Of a stretch of 64,000 nucleotides of DNA, positions 44,586 to 58,300 are shown in pieces. Made by a program: the position numbers and the translations under genes. Positions within the stretch are counted from its first letter, which is position 1. Every line of letters begins with the position of its first letter. Under the pieces are notes generated by a model. The model was not told the DNA's origin, did no database searches, and saw nothing but the letters and a program-made list of their open reading frames with translations. This stretch comes from Eledone cirrhosa (lineage: Eukaryota): assembly GCA_964016885.1 (NCBI GenBank), contig OZ024742.1, forward strand, positions 110,918,001-110,982,000. The letters run 5' to 3'.

Positions 44586-44659
44586 TCACGACACATGTTT
44601 CCATAAGAGATAGATCGATCGTGAGGCCATGATCAATTATCACTGATCTCGTTAGGTGA
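44586..44659 (-). ncRNA. Degenerate hammerhead motif in solo pseudo-LTR fragment (44540-44710)
   Basis: tcac-CTAACGA-(47 nt)-GAAA-catgtg-TC-gtga; core G-to-A change. Confidence 0.5.
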
Positions 44660-44734
44660 AAATGAATTGTCTTCAAATTCTTGATATGAGGGAGAAAATT
44701 AGCAATGTTCATATATATATATCTATATATATAT

Positions 44735-44922
44735 TAGTAAAAGGAAAAGAAAATGCTGACAGATTTTTCCCAGTGAAAAATAGTTTAATTAGGAATAAGT
44801 ATAAATTAGTAATAAGTATTGGTTAGTATTCAGTTTTAGTTTTAATTTTTACCGGTTGCGCATTTCTAATGGTTTTCAAAAATAATTTTGAGATAGAGCG
44901 CTCGTGATGTTTGCTCTAATCT
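44735..44922 (-). mobile_element. Diverged pseudo-LTR fragment related to family E
   Basis: tttaccggttgcgca...ttttcaaaa...gagatagag resembles the 16530-16590 arm. Confidence 0.4.
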
Positions 44923-44938
44923 GGACATGGCAGCGATA

Positions 44939-44986
<48 letters not shown>

Positions 44987-45022
44987 TATTATTATGTAAT
45001 AAACAACATAAGGCAATTATTC

Positions 45023-45076
45023 CATTTACCAGTGGTTTCTTAAAAGCAAAAGGTTTTGCTTTCAATCCTCAGAATG
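45023..45076 (-). ncRNA. Type I hammerhead motif
   Basis: Mirror of 48984-49037. Confidence 0.85.
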
Positions 45077-45278
45077 AAAAATCCTGGTTTGTTTATTGAA
45101 TATGGATTCTAAAAACGAAAATGCAATCTATATGAAAGTGAGGCTGGAAAAGGGAGAAGGAAAGGAAAAATAAAATAAAATAAAACTACACATGCAAACA
45201 CACACAAAAAAACCCAAAAGCATACTTACACACACACACATATAATTTGCACGCATACACATATACACATACACATAC

Positions 45279-45331
<53 letters not shown>

Positions 45332-45493
45332 CACATACATACACATATATATATATAAAGAGCGTACACCTACACACACATACACATATATATACACACA
45401 TATACACATACATATATTCATACATACACACGCACACACACACACACACATATATACCCACACACACACATATACATACACATGTACATATCC

Positions 45494-45527
<34 letters not shown>

Positions 45528-45971
45528 ATATACACACATATACACATATACATACACACACACACACATGTGTGTGTACAAGCCTACACATACACACACA
45601 CATATATATACACACACATATACATACATTCACACAAACATACAACGTACATACATACATACACATACATGAATGCACTCCACTACATATTAACACACGC
45701 AAATAAATATAAGAAAAAAATATATAAATAATATTAACAAATATTTGACAGCGATACATGCCCCAGCTAACAGGACAGACACGCGTGGTAAGTAATACAC
45801 ACATAAGCGCATATACATACGTTCGAAATAGTAAACACATACACACACTCTCACACATAAATATACATATACAAATACATAAACACGTACATACACATAC
45901 ATACGCAAACACGTACACGTATACAATATAAACACACACATGTATATGTAATTATATACACACACACACAC

Positions 45972-46022
<51 letters not shown>

Positions 46023-46304
46023 CAAAATATAAAAATATAAACGCACACACACATATAAATACGTAAACACACATATATACATACATAGCTAAACAATTAT
46101 ACACATGCAAATACGTATATATCAAAAGAACGCACAACCAAATACAAACACACACACATATATACACACACACACACCCACACACAAACCCACACATACA
46201 TAAAAATAAATAAAAACACACGCAACATATACATACATACACATACATATACATATATACATATATACATATACATATATATATATACACATACATATAC
46301 ACAA

Positions 46305-46338
<34 letters not shown>

Positions 46339-46482
46339 ACGTACACATACACACATGCATACACATACACACACACATATACATGTGTGTATGTGTAAAG
46401 CTCAGTATTAGATAAGACAAATGAACCTTACATAAACGTATATATAGTAGTAAAGTAATAAAGCCATACAAGGCAATTAATC

Positions 46483-46536
46483 CATTCACCAGAGGTTTCT
46501 TAAAAGCAAAAAAAGTTTCCTTCAATCTTCAGAATG
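46483..46536 (-). ncRNA. Second, diverged hammerhead motif in same 3' UTR
   Basis: catt-CTGAAGA-ttgaagg...gcttttaa-GAAA-cctctgg-TG-aatg; non-cleavable G at the H position. Confidence 0.6.
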
Positions 46537-46578
46537 AAATATACAAATATATACACACATACAGACACGCACACACAC

Positions 46579-46610
<32 letters not shown>

Positions 46611-46933
46611 GTACATATATATATATATATATATACAGACATATATACATACACACATATATACACACACATACATATACATACATACATACACATATAT
46701 ATACATACACAAACATACACGTACACATATACATATATACACACAAAAATACATACACATACACATAGGTATGTGAAGGGCAAAACAAAAAGAATATATG
46801 GGGTGGGGGGCCTAGAGGAGGTAAAAATATAAAGGGAAGTAAGGGAGAAAAAAATATTTTTTAAAAACAAGAGTACAGAAGGTAGAAGCAGCAAAATAAA
46901 AGCCGTAGCAAAAGTAAAGAGCAGAGAAGGAGT

Positions 46934-47584
46934 TCAAGGCGGTTGATTTATCGTAGGAGTGTCAATCCAGTTACAGATCAGATGCGATTTCAGATGAGGA
47001 CAGCATCTGAAGATCTCAGTCTTAGAGTTAAGGCAAGCGGAAGTGTCTCTCAAGTTTAGCAAAATCCTATACTTTTCTGTGGTACACAAAGAACAATTCT
47101 TTGTGCCCCTTTGGTACTCCCTCGAATGGTCTAATATAGACCAATCAATAGAGTACGGGATATTACTATCCTTGAGATCCCATACCTTACTTGCGAGGGC
47201 CGTTGATGTACGTTTATCTGAGTGTTTAAAAGAAGCGACATGTGAGTAAAATCTGGTTTTAAACCTGTCCTGGGTCATACCGACATATCGCTCGCTTCTG
47301 GCTGGCTGGTTGTTGATAACTGGCGTTATTTTAGCCTCATAAACGACAGATTTTGTTTTACATTTACCCTGCAATGGGCATTCATCCGGCTTCCTGCAAC
47401 TGCATCCTGGATTTATCCTCGTACGGTTTGAACTGGTGATTTTGGATTTCATGGATGGACAACAAGAGTAGCTGATCTTAACTACATTCCTATTAAAAAT
47501 CTTATAATATCTATGAATAGGAGGAAAATGTTTGTCTAATAGTTCAAGGAATTTCCTTCCTACATTAGTTTTGACATTTGACAT
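46934..47584 (-). CDS. PLE linker and GIY-YIG endonuclease (uninterrupted, 5'-truncated)
   Basis: FLELLDKHFP..KIFNRNVVKISYSC; CSCRKPDECPLQGKC; VVYEA..YVGMT..FKTRFYSH; CSLCTTEK; LNSKTE..CPH. Confidence 0.92.
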   Translation of the reverse strand: MSNVKTNVGRKFLELLDKHFPPIHRYYKIFNRNVVKISYSCCPSMKSKITSSNRTRINPGCSCRKPDECPLQGKCKTKSVVYEAKITPVINNQPARSERYVGMTQDRFKTRFYSHVASFKHSDKRTSTALASKVWDLKDSNIPYSIDWSILDHSREYQRGTKNCSLCTTEKYRILLNLRDTSACLNSKTEIFRCCPHLKSHLICNWIDTPTINQPP

Positions 47585-47713
47585 TTGACATTATTACTTT
47601 ACTACTATATATACGTTTATGTAAGGTTCATTTGTCTTATCTAATACTGAGCTTTACACATACACACATGTATATGTGTGTGTGTATGTGTATGCATGTG
47701 TGTATGTGTACGT

Positions 47714-47747
<34 letters not shown>

Positions 47748-48029
47748 TTGTGTATATGTATGTGTATATATATATATGTATATGTATATATGTATATATG
47801 TATATGTATGTGTATGTATGTATATGTTGCGTGTGTTTTTATTTATTTTTATGTATGTGTGGGTTTGTGTGTGGGTGTGTGTGTGTGTATATATGTGTGT
47901 GTGTTTGTATTTGGTTGTGCGTTCTTTTGATATATACGTATTTGCATGTGTATAATTGTTTAGCTATGTATGTATATATGTGTGTTTACGTATTTATATG
48001 TGTGTGTGCGTTTATATTTTTATATTTTG

Positions 48030-48076
<47 letters not shown>

Positions 48077-48520
48077 GTGTGTGTGTGTGTATATAATTAC
48101 ATATACATGTGTGTGTTTATATTGTATACGTGTACGTGTTTGCGTATGTATGTGTATGTACGTGTTTATGTATTTGTATATGTATATTTATGTGTGAGAG
48201 TGTGTGTATGTGTTTACTATTTCGAACGTATGTATATGCGCTTATGTGTGTATTACTTACCACGCGTGTCTGTCCTGTTAGCTGGGGCATGTATCGCTGT
48301 CAAATATTTGTTAATATTATTTATATATTTTTTTCTTATATTTATTTGCGTGTGTTAATATGTAGTGGAGTGCATTCATGTATGTGTATGTATGTATGTA
48401 CGTTGTATGTTTGTGTGAATGTATGTATATGTGTGTGTATATATATGTGTGTGTGTATGTGTAGGCTTGTACACACACATGTGTGTGTGTGTGTATGTAT
48501 ATGTGTATATGTGTGTATAT

Positions 48521-48565
<45 letters not shown>

Positions 48566-48587
48566 GATATGTACATGTGTATGTATA

Positions 48588-48623
<36 letters not shown>

Positions 48624-48724
48624 CGTGTGTATGTATGAATATATGTATGTGTATATGTGTGTATATATATGTGTATGTGTGTGTAGGTGTACGCTCTTTA
48701 TATATATATATGTGTATGTATGTG

Positions 48725-48781
<57 letters not shown>

Positions 48782-48983
48782 GTATGTGTATGTGTATATG
48801 TGTATGCGTGCAAATTATATGTGTGTGTGTGTAAGTATGCTTTTGGGTTTTTTTGTGTGTGTTTGCATGTGTAGTTTTATTTTATTTTATTTTTCCTTTC
48901 CTTCTCCCTTTTCCAGCCTCACTTTCATATAGATTGCATTTTCGTTTTTAGAATCCATATTCAATAAACAAACCAGGATTTTT

Positions 48984-49037
48984 CATTCTGAGGATTGAAA
49001 GCAAAACCTTTTGCTTTTAAGAAACCACTGGTAAATG
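48984..49037 (+). ncRNA. Type I hammerhead motif
   Basis: catt-CTGAGGA-ttgaaagcaaaa(cc)ttttgcttttaa-GAAA-ccactgg-TA-aatg. Confidence 0.85.
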
Positions 49038-49136
49038 GAATAATTGCCTTATGTTGTTTATTACATAATAATAATAATTAAGCTCTGTTGCTTACATAGA
49101 GCACTCTTTTTTCCTGGACTTTTCCGATGGAATTAC

Positions 49137-49183
<47 letters not shown>

Positions 49184-49213
49184 ATAAATTAACGGAGGCA
49201 TATATATATATGT

Positions 49214-49607
49214 ATTATCGCTGCCATGTCCTGCGCCTCCAACAGACCAGTGTCTGTCCTTAGGCCATCAACATACGTTAACCTTGGTCTTCCTCTTCCA
49301 GTGTGTCTATGTAGAGGCTCTCACAGGAGCACTGAGTGCAATGTCAACTCTGGATGTCGGTGAGTATGTCCAGCTAACCTCAGTCTCCTTTGTGTCACTT
49401 TTGAGCTGAGTTTTGAGAGGCTCCCATACAGCTGTGAATTTTTCATCCTCATGTATACTTATTAATGTTCAGAGCCATCCTCAGCATTCTCGTGTAGCAC
49501 CCATCCACCATCTGAGTGAGTTTCTTGGTCAGTGTCCATCGATAATGAGGGACAGTGACCGCTGGAGAGAACTCGTCCATGGATCTCGGGAATTTTACCC
49601 GCCCTAG
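49214..49607. mobile_element. RTE-like LINE 3' fragment with 5' inversion
   Basis: 49214-49540 (-) encodes [24 protein letters not shown]...GRPRLTYVDGLRTDTG..DMAAI; 49541-49607 (+) continues [12 protein letters not shown]...*. Confidence 0.75.
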
Positions 49608-49618
49608 ATATATATATG

Positions 49619-49780
<162 letters not shown>

Positions 49781-49813
49781 CATATATAAATATACACATA
49801 TATATATATATAC

Positions 49814-49900
<87 letters not shown>

Positions 49901-49915
49901 CATACATATATATAT

Positions 49916-50481
49916 AAAGTTAAATAAAAGTCAAATGATTAAAATTTAGCTTCGTTTATTACTGCTATATATATTTCAGTGACAGCCATCTTTGGCTGTG
50001 ACCTCTTCAGGCAGTTTGAATTAGTATGGTATAGACAAGTACATATGTTGTTTAGGTGTATGATATTGTCAATACTCTGATATGCCCAGTTCCTTGTTGG
50101 GTTGTTAATTCACTGGGGAACTGGAGTCATATCAGATATGACTCCAGTTTCCCATATGGAGATATGACTCCAGTTCCCCAGTGAATTAACAACCCAACAA
50201 GGAACTGGGCATATCAGAGTATTGACAATATCATACACCTAAACAACATATGTACTTGTCTATACCATACTAATTCAAACTGCCTGAAGAGGTCACAGCC
50301 AAAGATGGCTGTCACTGAAATATATATAGCAGTAATAAACGAAGCTAAATTTTAATCATTTGACTTTTATTTAACTTTATTTTACACTACTCCGGAGTAA
50401 CCAAACCAACCTGCGCACTTCGTCGAGTGCTCCAGCCTGCATACTGAGGTGTTGGTATACAACCAACATAAACTCAAAGTC

Positions 50482-50484
<3 letters not shown>
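49916..50484 (+). mobile_element. PLE pseudo-LTR fold-back (family A), 218-bp arms
   Basis: Arms 49916-50133 / 50161-50378, 27-nt stutter loop, ~105-nt extension; intact HHR in both arms (49961-50015 -, 50279-50333 +). Confidence 0.88.
50279..50333 (+). ncRNA. Type I hammerhead motif
   Basis: Identical to 6084-6138. Confidence 0.85.
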
Positions 50485-50525
<41 letters not shown>

Positions 50526-50651
50526 TAGGTAGAATGTCATACGTAAATCGGAAACTAAGTTAATGAACTTATATGTTGATCGTAAAAACATTGGTTCGGT
50601 AATTTTGTACAGATGTTTCAATGTCTAAGAGAAATAATACCATCCTTAAAT

Positions 50652-50872
50652 CATAGTTTCTAGTATAGGCACAAGGCCAGTGATTTGGGGGAAGGGGAAA
50701 GTCGATTAAATCGACCTCAGTACATTACTGGTGCTTTATTTTATCGACCTCGTAAGGATGAAAGGCAAAGTTAACCTTGGCAGGATTTGAACTCAGACTG
50801 TAAAGGGCTGTAATTCCATACTGCAAAGCATGGTGTCTGGCGCTCTATCGATACCGTCAATCTACCGCCCTA
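50652..50872 (-). mobile_element. SINE family 1 copy
   Basis: Full consensus match. Confidence 0.85.
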
Positions 50873-51238
50873 AATAATAGGCACCATAAAGAAAACAGAC
50901 CCATCATCAGTAGAAGACTAAGCGCGATATCAACGAATAACCAACATGGATTCACCCTCGCGTCTAAAAGCACATGTATATCTAAAAGCTTAAGTATAAG
51001 GATAGATGCAGGCCAACGGGAATGCTAAAAGAAGCAGCACATTGGGTCTAATAAGTCAGCTTAACTAAATTTCAATTTTAGAAGCATAATTAACACATAA
51101 TTACATATATTAATTTTCAATACATCAAATATTAATCAAATTGTCTGGCAAATGTTATCGGGAGTACGAGAAATAGCACTACGCTAGGATCTTAACATCT
51201 ATGTATATATATATATATACACACACATACGCCACACA

Positions 51239-51345
<107 letters not shown>

Positions 51346-51477
51346 GTATATATATATATATATATAGATACTCTGTTAGTAATTGTATCGATCCAGCAGC
51401 TAAATTGTTCAACATAGACAAATACATACACACACACACACACACACACACAACACACACACATAAACACGCACACG

Positions 51478-51529
<52 letters not shown>

Positions 51530-51614
51530 TATTATAGAAATGCGTTCTACATGACTAGAACTGTTTCATTTGAATTAAACCATCAGGAGAGTCAGATAAT
51601 ATGTGTCATTATTT

Positions 51615-52030
51615 TTGGTAGTATCGGTAGAGAGGCTGACACCATGCTTTGAAGCATAGAGTTACGTCCCTTTATGATCTAAGTTCAAATCCAGCCGAGG
51701 TTAACTTTGCATTTCATCCTTACGGGGTCGATAAAATAAAGTACCAGTAATGTACTGGCTATTTGCTGGCCTTGTGCCTAAAATAGAAACAATTATTTAT
51801 AATTGCTCCAGGGCGGTGGATTGGCAGTATCGGTAGAGAGTCGGACACGATGCTTTGCATCAGAGAGTCACGGCCCTTTACGGTCTGAGTTCAAATCCCG
51901 CCGAGGTTAACTTTGCCTTTCATCCTTACAGGGTCGATAAAATAAAGCACCAGTAGCGTACTGGGGTCGATTTAATCGACTTTCCCTTATCCCCAAATTT
52001 CTCGCATTGTGCCTATACTAGAAATCATCA
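51615..52030 (+). mobile_element. Two tandem SINE family 1 copies
   Basis: Copies at ~51615-51795 and ~51810-52030. Confidence 0.85.
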
Positions 52031-52310
52031 TTTATAATTGCTTTGAGATGGATGTTGATAGAGGTAATTGTTGGGAGTTGATAGCACTGGTGGCGGTGAA
52101 GTAGAAGTGGTTTTGAGGAAGATGGAGGAAGGAAAGTGTGATGATGAAGAAGGAGTGGAAAAAGTTGAAGAAGGAGGAGAAGAACTAAAAAGGGAGACCG
52201 AGGAGAAAAGCATTTAGGATTGTCGACGTGCATCACTGGTTTTGGTTCTTCTGGTCAAAGTTGTTCATCAAAATAAATATATTATTATAAATAATTTCTC
52301 ATCACAACTA

Positions 52311-52597
52311 AATGCTACTAAAGGAACGTACATTCACTGGTTTTGCTTGTCATTTAGGCAAAACTAAGATGGCTACCGTTGTTTACTTGAGTGCAAGGGA
52401 GGTAATCATAATATAATGATCATTTTGTGTTTTTATTATCTATTCACTGAATGCTACTAAAGTATAGGTCTTATGGAACGTACATTCATTGGTGTTGCTT
52501 GTCATTTATTCAAAACCAAGATGGCTACCGTTGTTTACGTCGAGTGCAAGGGAGGTAATCATAATATAATGATCATTTTGTGTTTTTATTATCTATT
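52311..52597. repeat. ~140-bp tandem duplication
   Basis: aatgctactaaag...tttattatctatt at 52311-52444 and 52450-52597. Confidence 0.85.
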
Positions 52598-54710
52598 TAT
52601 TTTCAAACACAAGACTTCGGTCGACGCGTGGTCATGCTAAAATAGATGAGCCGAAGCTGCACCCCAGTGGTACTACATTCAAGATCTCAATTGTGTGAAG
52701 TAAACTTCTTAGCGATTCGACCATCCTCAATCCAAAATGTAATATATTGACCTTCTTATATGGATGAAGAAGAACCTTTCAGACATTCAGCAAATAATTT
52801 GAATAATATCGTTGACAATGACCTCGCGTTATTTGAACTGCCCAAAGATGCATAATAACCATGAAGCTACATGACAACAGACTGGCTTAATAAATATATA
52901 ATGTTGCTGTGTAACGAATTAACTGATATTGTAATTGAAAATAATGACATTGTGGAATTTACAACGAGTGCCTTCTACACGAATAAAATATAGTTTATTG
53001 CTGGCTACAAACGAGAATACGCAAAACACTGGATTATTTTCAGGAGGAATATACATATTCCCCTTCATATTTAGGTAAACTGAAAATTTGAGATTTCTAT
53101 TCCGCTTGATCTTATACAATTCCTTCTGATAACTGTTGTAAAGGTCATGCAAATAACCATTTTTATCGGCTTTACCCATTAAGAATGTTAGACAGGGCCT
53201 ATCTTTATCATCACCGTGCAGTCGGAATCGTTGGGTCATTTTCGTATGTTCTCATCACATAACCAAAGCAAAGTATTAACTTCATGATAAACCCATATAC
53301 GGTTTCAAACCATATATAGTCAGTTAGGTTTGTGTTACATTTATTGGCAGTATCGATAGTGCGTCGGTTACATGTTTCATCGAAAATGACACCGGAATAT
53401 TTCTGGTTTTGTTACCTCAGCTACTGAAGAACAAATTCACTGTCTACAGCACATCTGCCAATTAACATTTCAGGAGTTGTCTTTCTTGTCTCTTTTGACA
53501 GTAATTACCATTAAAGCTAATGACTTTCCTGCCTAATATTCATATAATTATAATTGATTGAAGTCATTTTCAGCCCACAACATTATAAATAGCAGTCTGC
53601 ACCTAACTATAGGTTAGAAATAGATACCCACCATTAGATATTGAGAGGCTTGGCATTTAGAGAAAATACCTAGCGTAGGCGAGCAGCAGATTACCTGTGT
53701 AGTTAAATTTGCATTTAAAATTGATTTTCTTGTATGAAGAATGATGAAAAAATGTTAAAACCATTTAAAAAGAAGCCGCTTTAGAAAACTTGAAGACAGT
53801 GTTTATCGCAGGTAATGCCAGTGATATTCGAATTCAAAGTAATACATTTATTGCCATTTCGACCAAAAGGTCACTCATCTTCGCACATTTTTATTGCAAA
53901 TTCTTTTAATCAGTTTAGCACTTACCACATCCAGTTACATCTGAGGTGATGGTATTTTCAATGTTGACTTCATTAAGTAAATAAAAACAGTTATACATCC
54001 CACGTGCACCATTGCAAGCTAGTGCTATATGGTCGCCACCTCATATCTATACATTCAGAAAAGTCAGTAAGCAGTTAATATTTCACAATGAAGAGATTGG
54101 TAGACGTTTTAAGTTAACCAAACATTTTATAATGTATTCAAGGTGGATGTTGTGAAGTATTAATCTCAACATGATATAGTTTGCGGCTAGCAGGCATGCA
54201 GTGAGAGAAATAAGATGGCAGGACTTCAATATGTCGACTTTTCAATATGTCAATATTGTATCAAATTTGACTTGGAGCGTCAAGAAATCGATTCCCGCAA
54301 ACCAGCAATGTTGTGGTCTAACAAACTGTTTAGTATACTAAACAGGTGCATCGACAACAGCCTTTCAAACTTTATATACTTATAAATATGTATGTGTGTG
54401 TGTGTGTGAATGTGTGCATGTTTTTGTGTGTGCTCGTTTATGTATGTGAGTGTGTACAAAAGATATTATTGTCGATATGTCCATTATAAAATGTCTGCAT
54501 CGAAAAATGTCTGACTTAACCAGTTTTCTTTTATTTTCTTACTTATATTTTGATTTGGCTACCTTAAACATTATACAGGCTGTTTATGAGAAGCGTTGGC
54601 CAAATAACTGTTTGAACATATGATTGGTTGGAAGTGTATGTATATATTTATATTTCATTTTCTCTCCATCTCTTTCTCACTCTTTCCTTCATTCTGTATA
54701 TATATATAGA

Positions 54711-54832
<122 letters not shown>

Positions 54833-54985
54833 ACTAATATATAAGTACTAATATATATATATATGTGTGTGTACTGACAGATAAAGAACACTACCACACA
54901 GAAAGAAAAATATATACACGTACAACCCGTCACACATACACGCGCGCCCGCACACACACACACATACGCACACACACACACAAAT

Positions 54986-55040
<55 letters not shown>

Positions 55041-55366
55041 CGTGTGTGGGTGTGTGTGAGTGTAGATATATCAAACATCAAACTATGCTTGTTGAAAGGA
55101 AACTTAAAGGTAAAAGAAAATATTTTTTAGAGAATCTTTGATGCGGTAGCGTCCATTGTATCATGGATCATGACATGTATGGTTTCCCAGGCTCCTGCAT
55201 AACAATAACACCCAACAAAAATTGACACATACACACATATACACTCACCCATACACACCCACACATATATATATATATACATAAACTTGTGTATATATGC
55301 CTATAACATATATATATATACGTATACTCGCACACCCAAACACAAAAAACATACACGCACACAAAG

Positions 55367-55422
<56 letters not shown>

Positions 55423-55920
55423 GTATGGAAGTGCGTGTGTTTAGAGAGTGGCAAGTGGAATTTGAAAATTGAATTAGAAGATCTCGCTCTATCTGTGACT
55501 AAATAAAACATTTTTATAATAACGTGGCGTACAACTTCACTGAACGGAAAATGTAATCTTTCGTTTTTACATTCATTGGGTTTATACGCTCCGTTACTAT
55601 TAGGCTCTTTCATTTAATCAAAGCTAAGGGGATATCTTCGACTTCAATTTTCAAAAGTTCGGATCCCATATTCAGTTGATTCAGGTTTATTAAAAACACC
55701 GTTATACATATATCACTGAGGAGTCTTAGTTGTGATAGCCTGAGCATTTCAGACGGTAAAAACCTATGAAAAAACTTTGAAAGTTCCCCCCAAAAACCTA
55801 TAAATTTGGAAGAATCCAATAATTTCTCCGAAAAAGAGTTTCTTTTCTTGATACACGTGGTTTTGTTTCTTCGACGGCCGACCCTTGTATCTAATATATA
55901 TATATATATATATATATTAG

Positions 55921-58300
55921 ATACAACCATACCGGGGTCGAGAGTACCTTAGACGACTGGAAAATGGAATTACCGAGCTTAAGGAATCTACAGGAATACT
56001 CGTCCATGCCGACAAAACCAACAACCTTTACAGCATGGACGTTCAACTTTACCATGAGCTAATCCTCAGGGAATTGAGAAAAAGCTACAAAAAAAAAAAC
56101 GCCCGAGGCCACCCTGGAGGATATCAACACCAAGGCTTATGAGATCATTTCTAGTCTTGGTATAGATGATAGGACGGCCCCATACCAACCAAGGGAGCCG
56201 AGGATTACCATTAAGGACCACAATCAACTTTGAGTCTAACCTGCCGGTTAGACTGATAGCCCCCTCCCGCTCAGACATGGGGATTATTAGCAAAAGCATT
56301 TTAGATAAAATCCTGTCCACACTTAAGAGTAAAATAAGGTTACAACTCTGGGCCTGCACCAGCCAGGTGCTGGACTGGTTTACATTTTTACCTGAAAAAC
56401 ATAGGACTAGCTTCATACAACTAGACATCTATAATTATTACTCCTCTATATCGCCCATAGTCCTAAACAAGGCACTCATATTCGCAATGAATAGGACAGA
56501 CCTAACATGCGACGAGGTCCGAATCATACACGCCGCCAGAAAGACCCTGATCCGATTCAGTGGGGATATATGGACCCGGAACGACTGGCCAAATAATTTT
56601 GACATTACAATGGGCTCCAGTGACTCCGCGCAGCTAACGGACTTGGTTGAGATATACACACTCTACGCGATCAGGACAGAAATACCCAACCTGGGCGGTG
56701 GGCTGTACCGAGACGACGCACTCTTCACCGTAGTGGACCACAGCACCACAATGGTCGAAAATATGACGAGGAGAATTAGGCACTTCTTTAGCAAGGTAGG
56801 ACTTAAGGTCGAGATGGAACCCAATAGAAAAGTATTGAATTTCTTGGACACCACCCTCAACCTCAACACCAAGCTACACCACCCATATCATAACCCCAAT
56901 GAGAAGCTGGTGTATATCAACGCTGAGTCTAACCACCCTAGATCTATAGTTAAGGCCGTAGTTAAGAGTGTCTCTGACAGGATATCTAACTTGTCAGCCA
57001 ATGAAGAGATCTTCAATAGTAACGCTGCATACTATATCTCAGCTCTAGCTAAGGCGTCCCACAGCGATAGGATCAGCTATAACCCTAACGGACATGATCG
57101 AGATGACCCAAGGGTACCACGGACAAATACCCTCAAGGGCATGAGTCGCCCACCTAATACCTCGGTAACCGGTTGTAACACTCCCATACCCCTATCCGTC
57201 ACCACACCCGGGAGAATGCCCCGCATACGACACCGGTCTAATACCTATAACGCTGAAGACCACTGTGCTGCGGAGCATAGGCACCCCTCTAACGGCCCAC
57301 CACCCGCCGAATCCTAATTGAGCAGGGAGGCCGCGCCTCGCAGATTTATAGCCCCAAGGTGGGCCTATATAATCCTCATGATAGTGACCGCTCCGCACAC
57401 CCAAGTGACACCAACCGAGCTCGACCTGAGCTGTGCACAACCACGCGATGGCCCACGGCGAACACCCAACAACTTCGCAAGAATAGGACCAGGAAGGTCA
57501 CATGGTATAACCCTCCGTACTCGGTGGGTCTACGCACCAGCCTGGCTAAAATATTCTTTAGAGTACTGGATATATGTTTCCCTAGGGCCCATAAGTACCA
57601 TAAAATATTCAACAGGCACACAGTAAAACTTTCCTACTCAACCACACGCTCCGTAGCCCAGCACATGGCTGGCATAAATAGGAATAGGCTCACTGCCTCT
57701 AATACCACCGTAAACCCCGGAGCCACCCAACAGAACCAGAACGCGGTACGCATCAGAAACCGGACAGGCCCAACTAGCACACCGGAACTCAACGACCCTG
57801 TGCTGATTGCGGAGGCTACCCAGCCAACCCCGAGTGATGCTAACCACGCGGTGCACGTGGTGGGGCTTAAGAAGTCATGTAATTGTAGAGACCCGTCGCT
57901 ATGACCCCTTAGTAATAAATGCATGACCAAAAACGTGGTATACAGGTGAAACGTCACAACCCCTAACTCAGAGCACCGCTACATAGGATCCACAGCGACG
58001 AGCTTCAAAGCTCGGTGGTATAACCATCGCCATTCCTTTAACAGAATAGATAAGAGGAAATGTACGGCCCTTTCTGAACTGATCTGGAAGCTCAAACTTG
58101 AAAAGACCCCGCACTCATTGGTCTGGTCCGTGGTTAGAAAGGTTCCCCCAGGCAGAGGCAGGTCTGGTATTTGCAAACTCTGTCTTAGTGAGACACTCGA
58201 GATTCTTCATGGCGGAACCAATCTATTAAACAGAAGGGCCGACTTATTCGGTGCCTGCAGACACCTAAGGACGGGAACTTTCCTCAAGCTATATGGATAA
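55921..58300 (+). pseudogene. PLE RT-EN polyprotein with several small indels and two in-frame TGA codons
   Basis: Pieces 55921-56220, 56166-57317, 57359-57904 and 57905-58300; TGA at 57902 and 57947 in the EN frame, true stop TAA ending 58300. Confidence 0.88.

Larger units (their letters stand above)
44983..49139 (-). mobile_element. 5'-truncated PLE (probably Hydra clade) with ~1.5-kb inverted pseudo-LTR arms
   Basis: Near-identical inverted arms 44983-46461 / 47591-49077 enclosing a GIY-YIG ORF; ~60-nt extension 49078-49139; TA flanks. Confidence 0.92.

Noticed and set aside
52919-53239. 106-aa ORF as possible host exon
   Set aside because: No recognisable domain or splice context.
55600-55895. 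Possible pseudo-LTR upstream of the 55918 PLE (caCTGAGGAgtc...)
   Set aside because: No match to that element's 3' end and the HHR is incomplete; separated from it by a TA tract.
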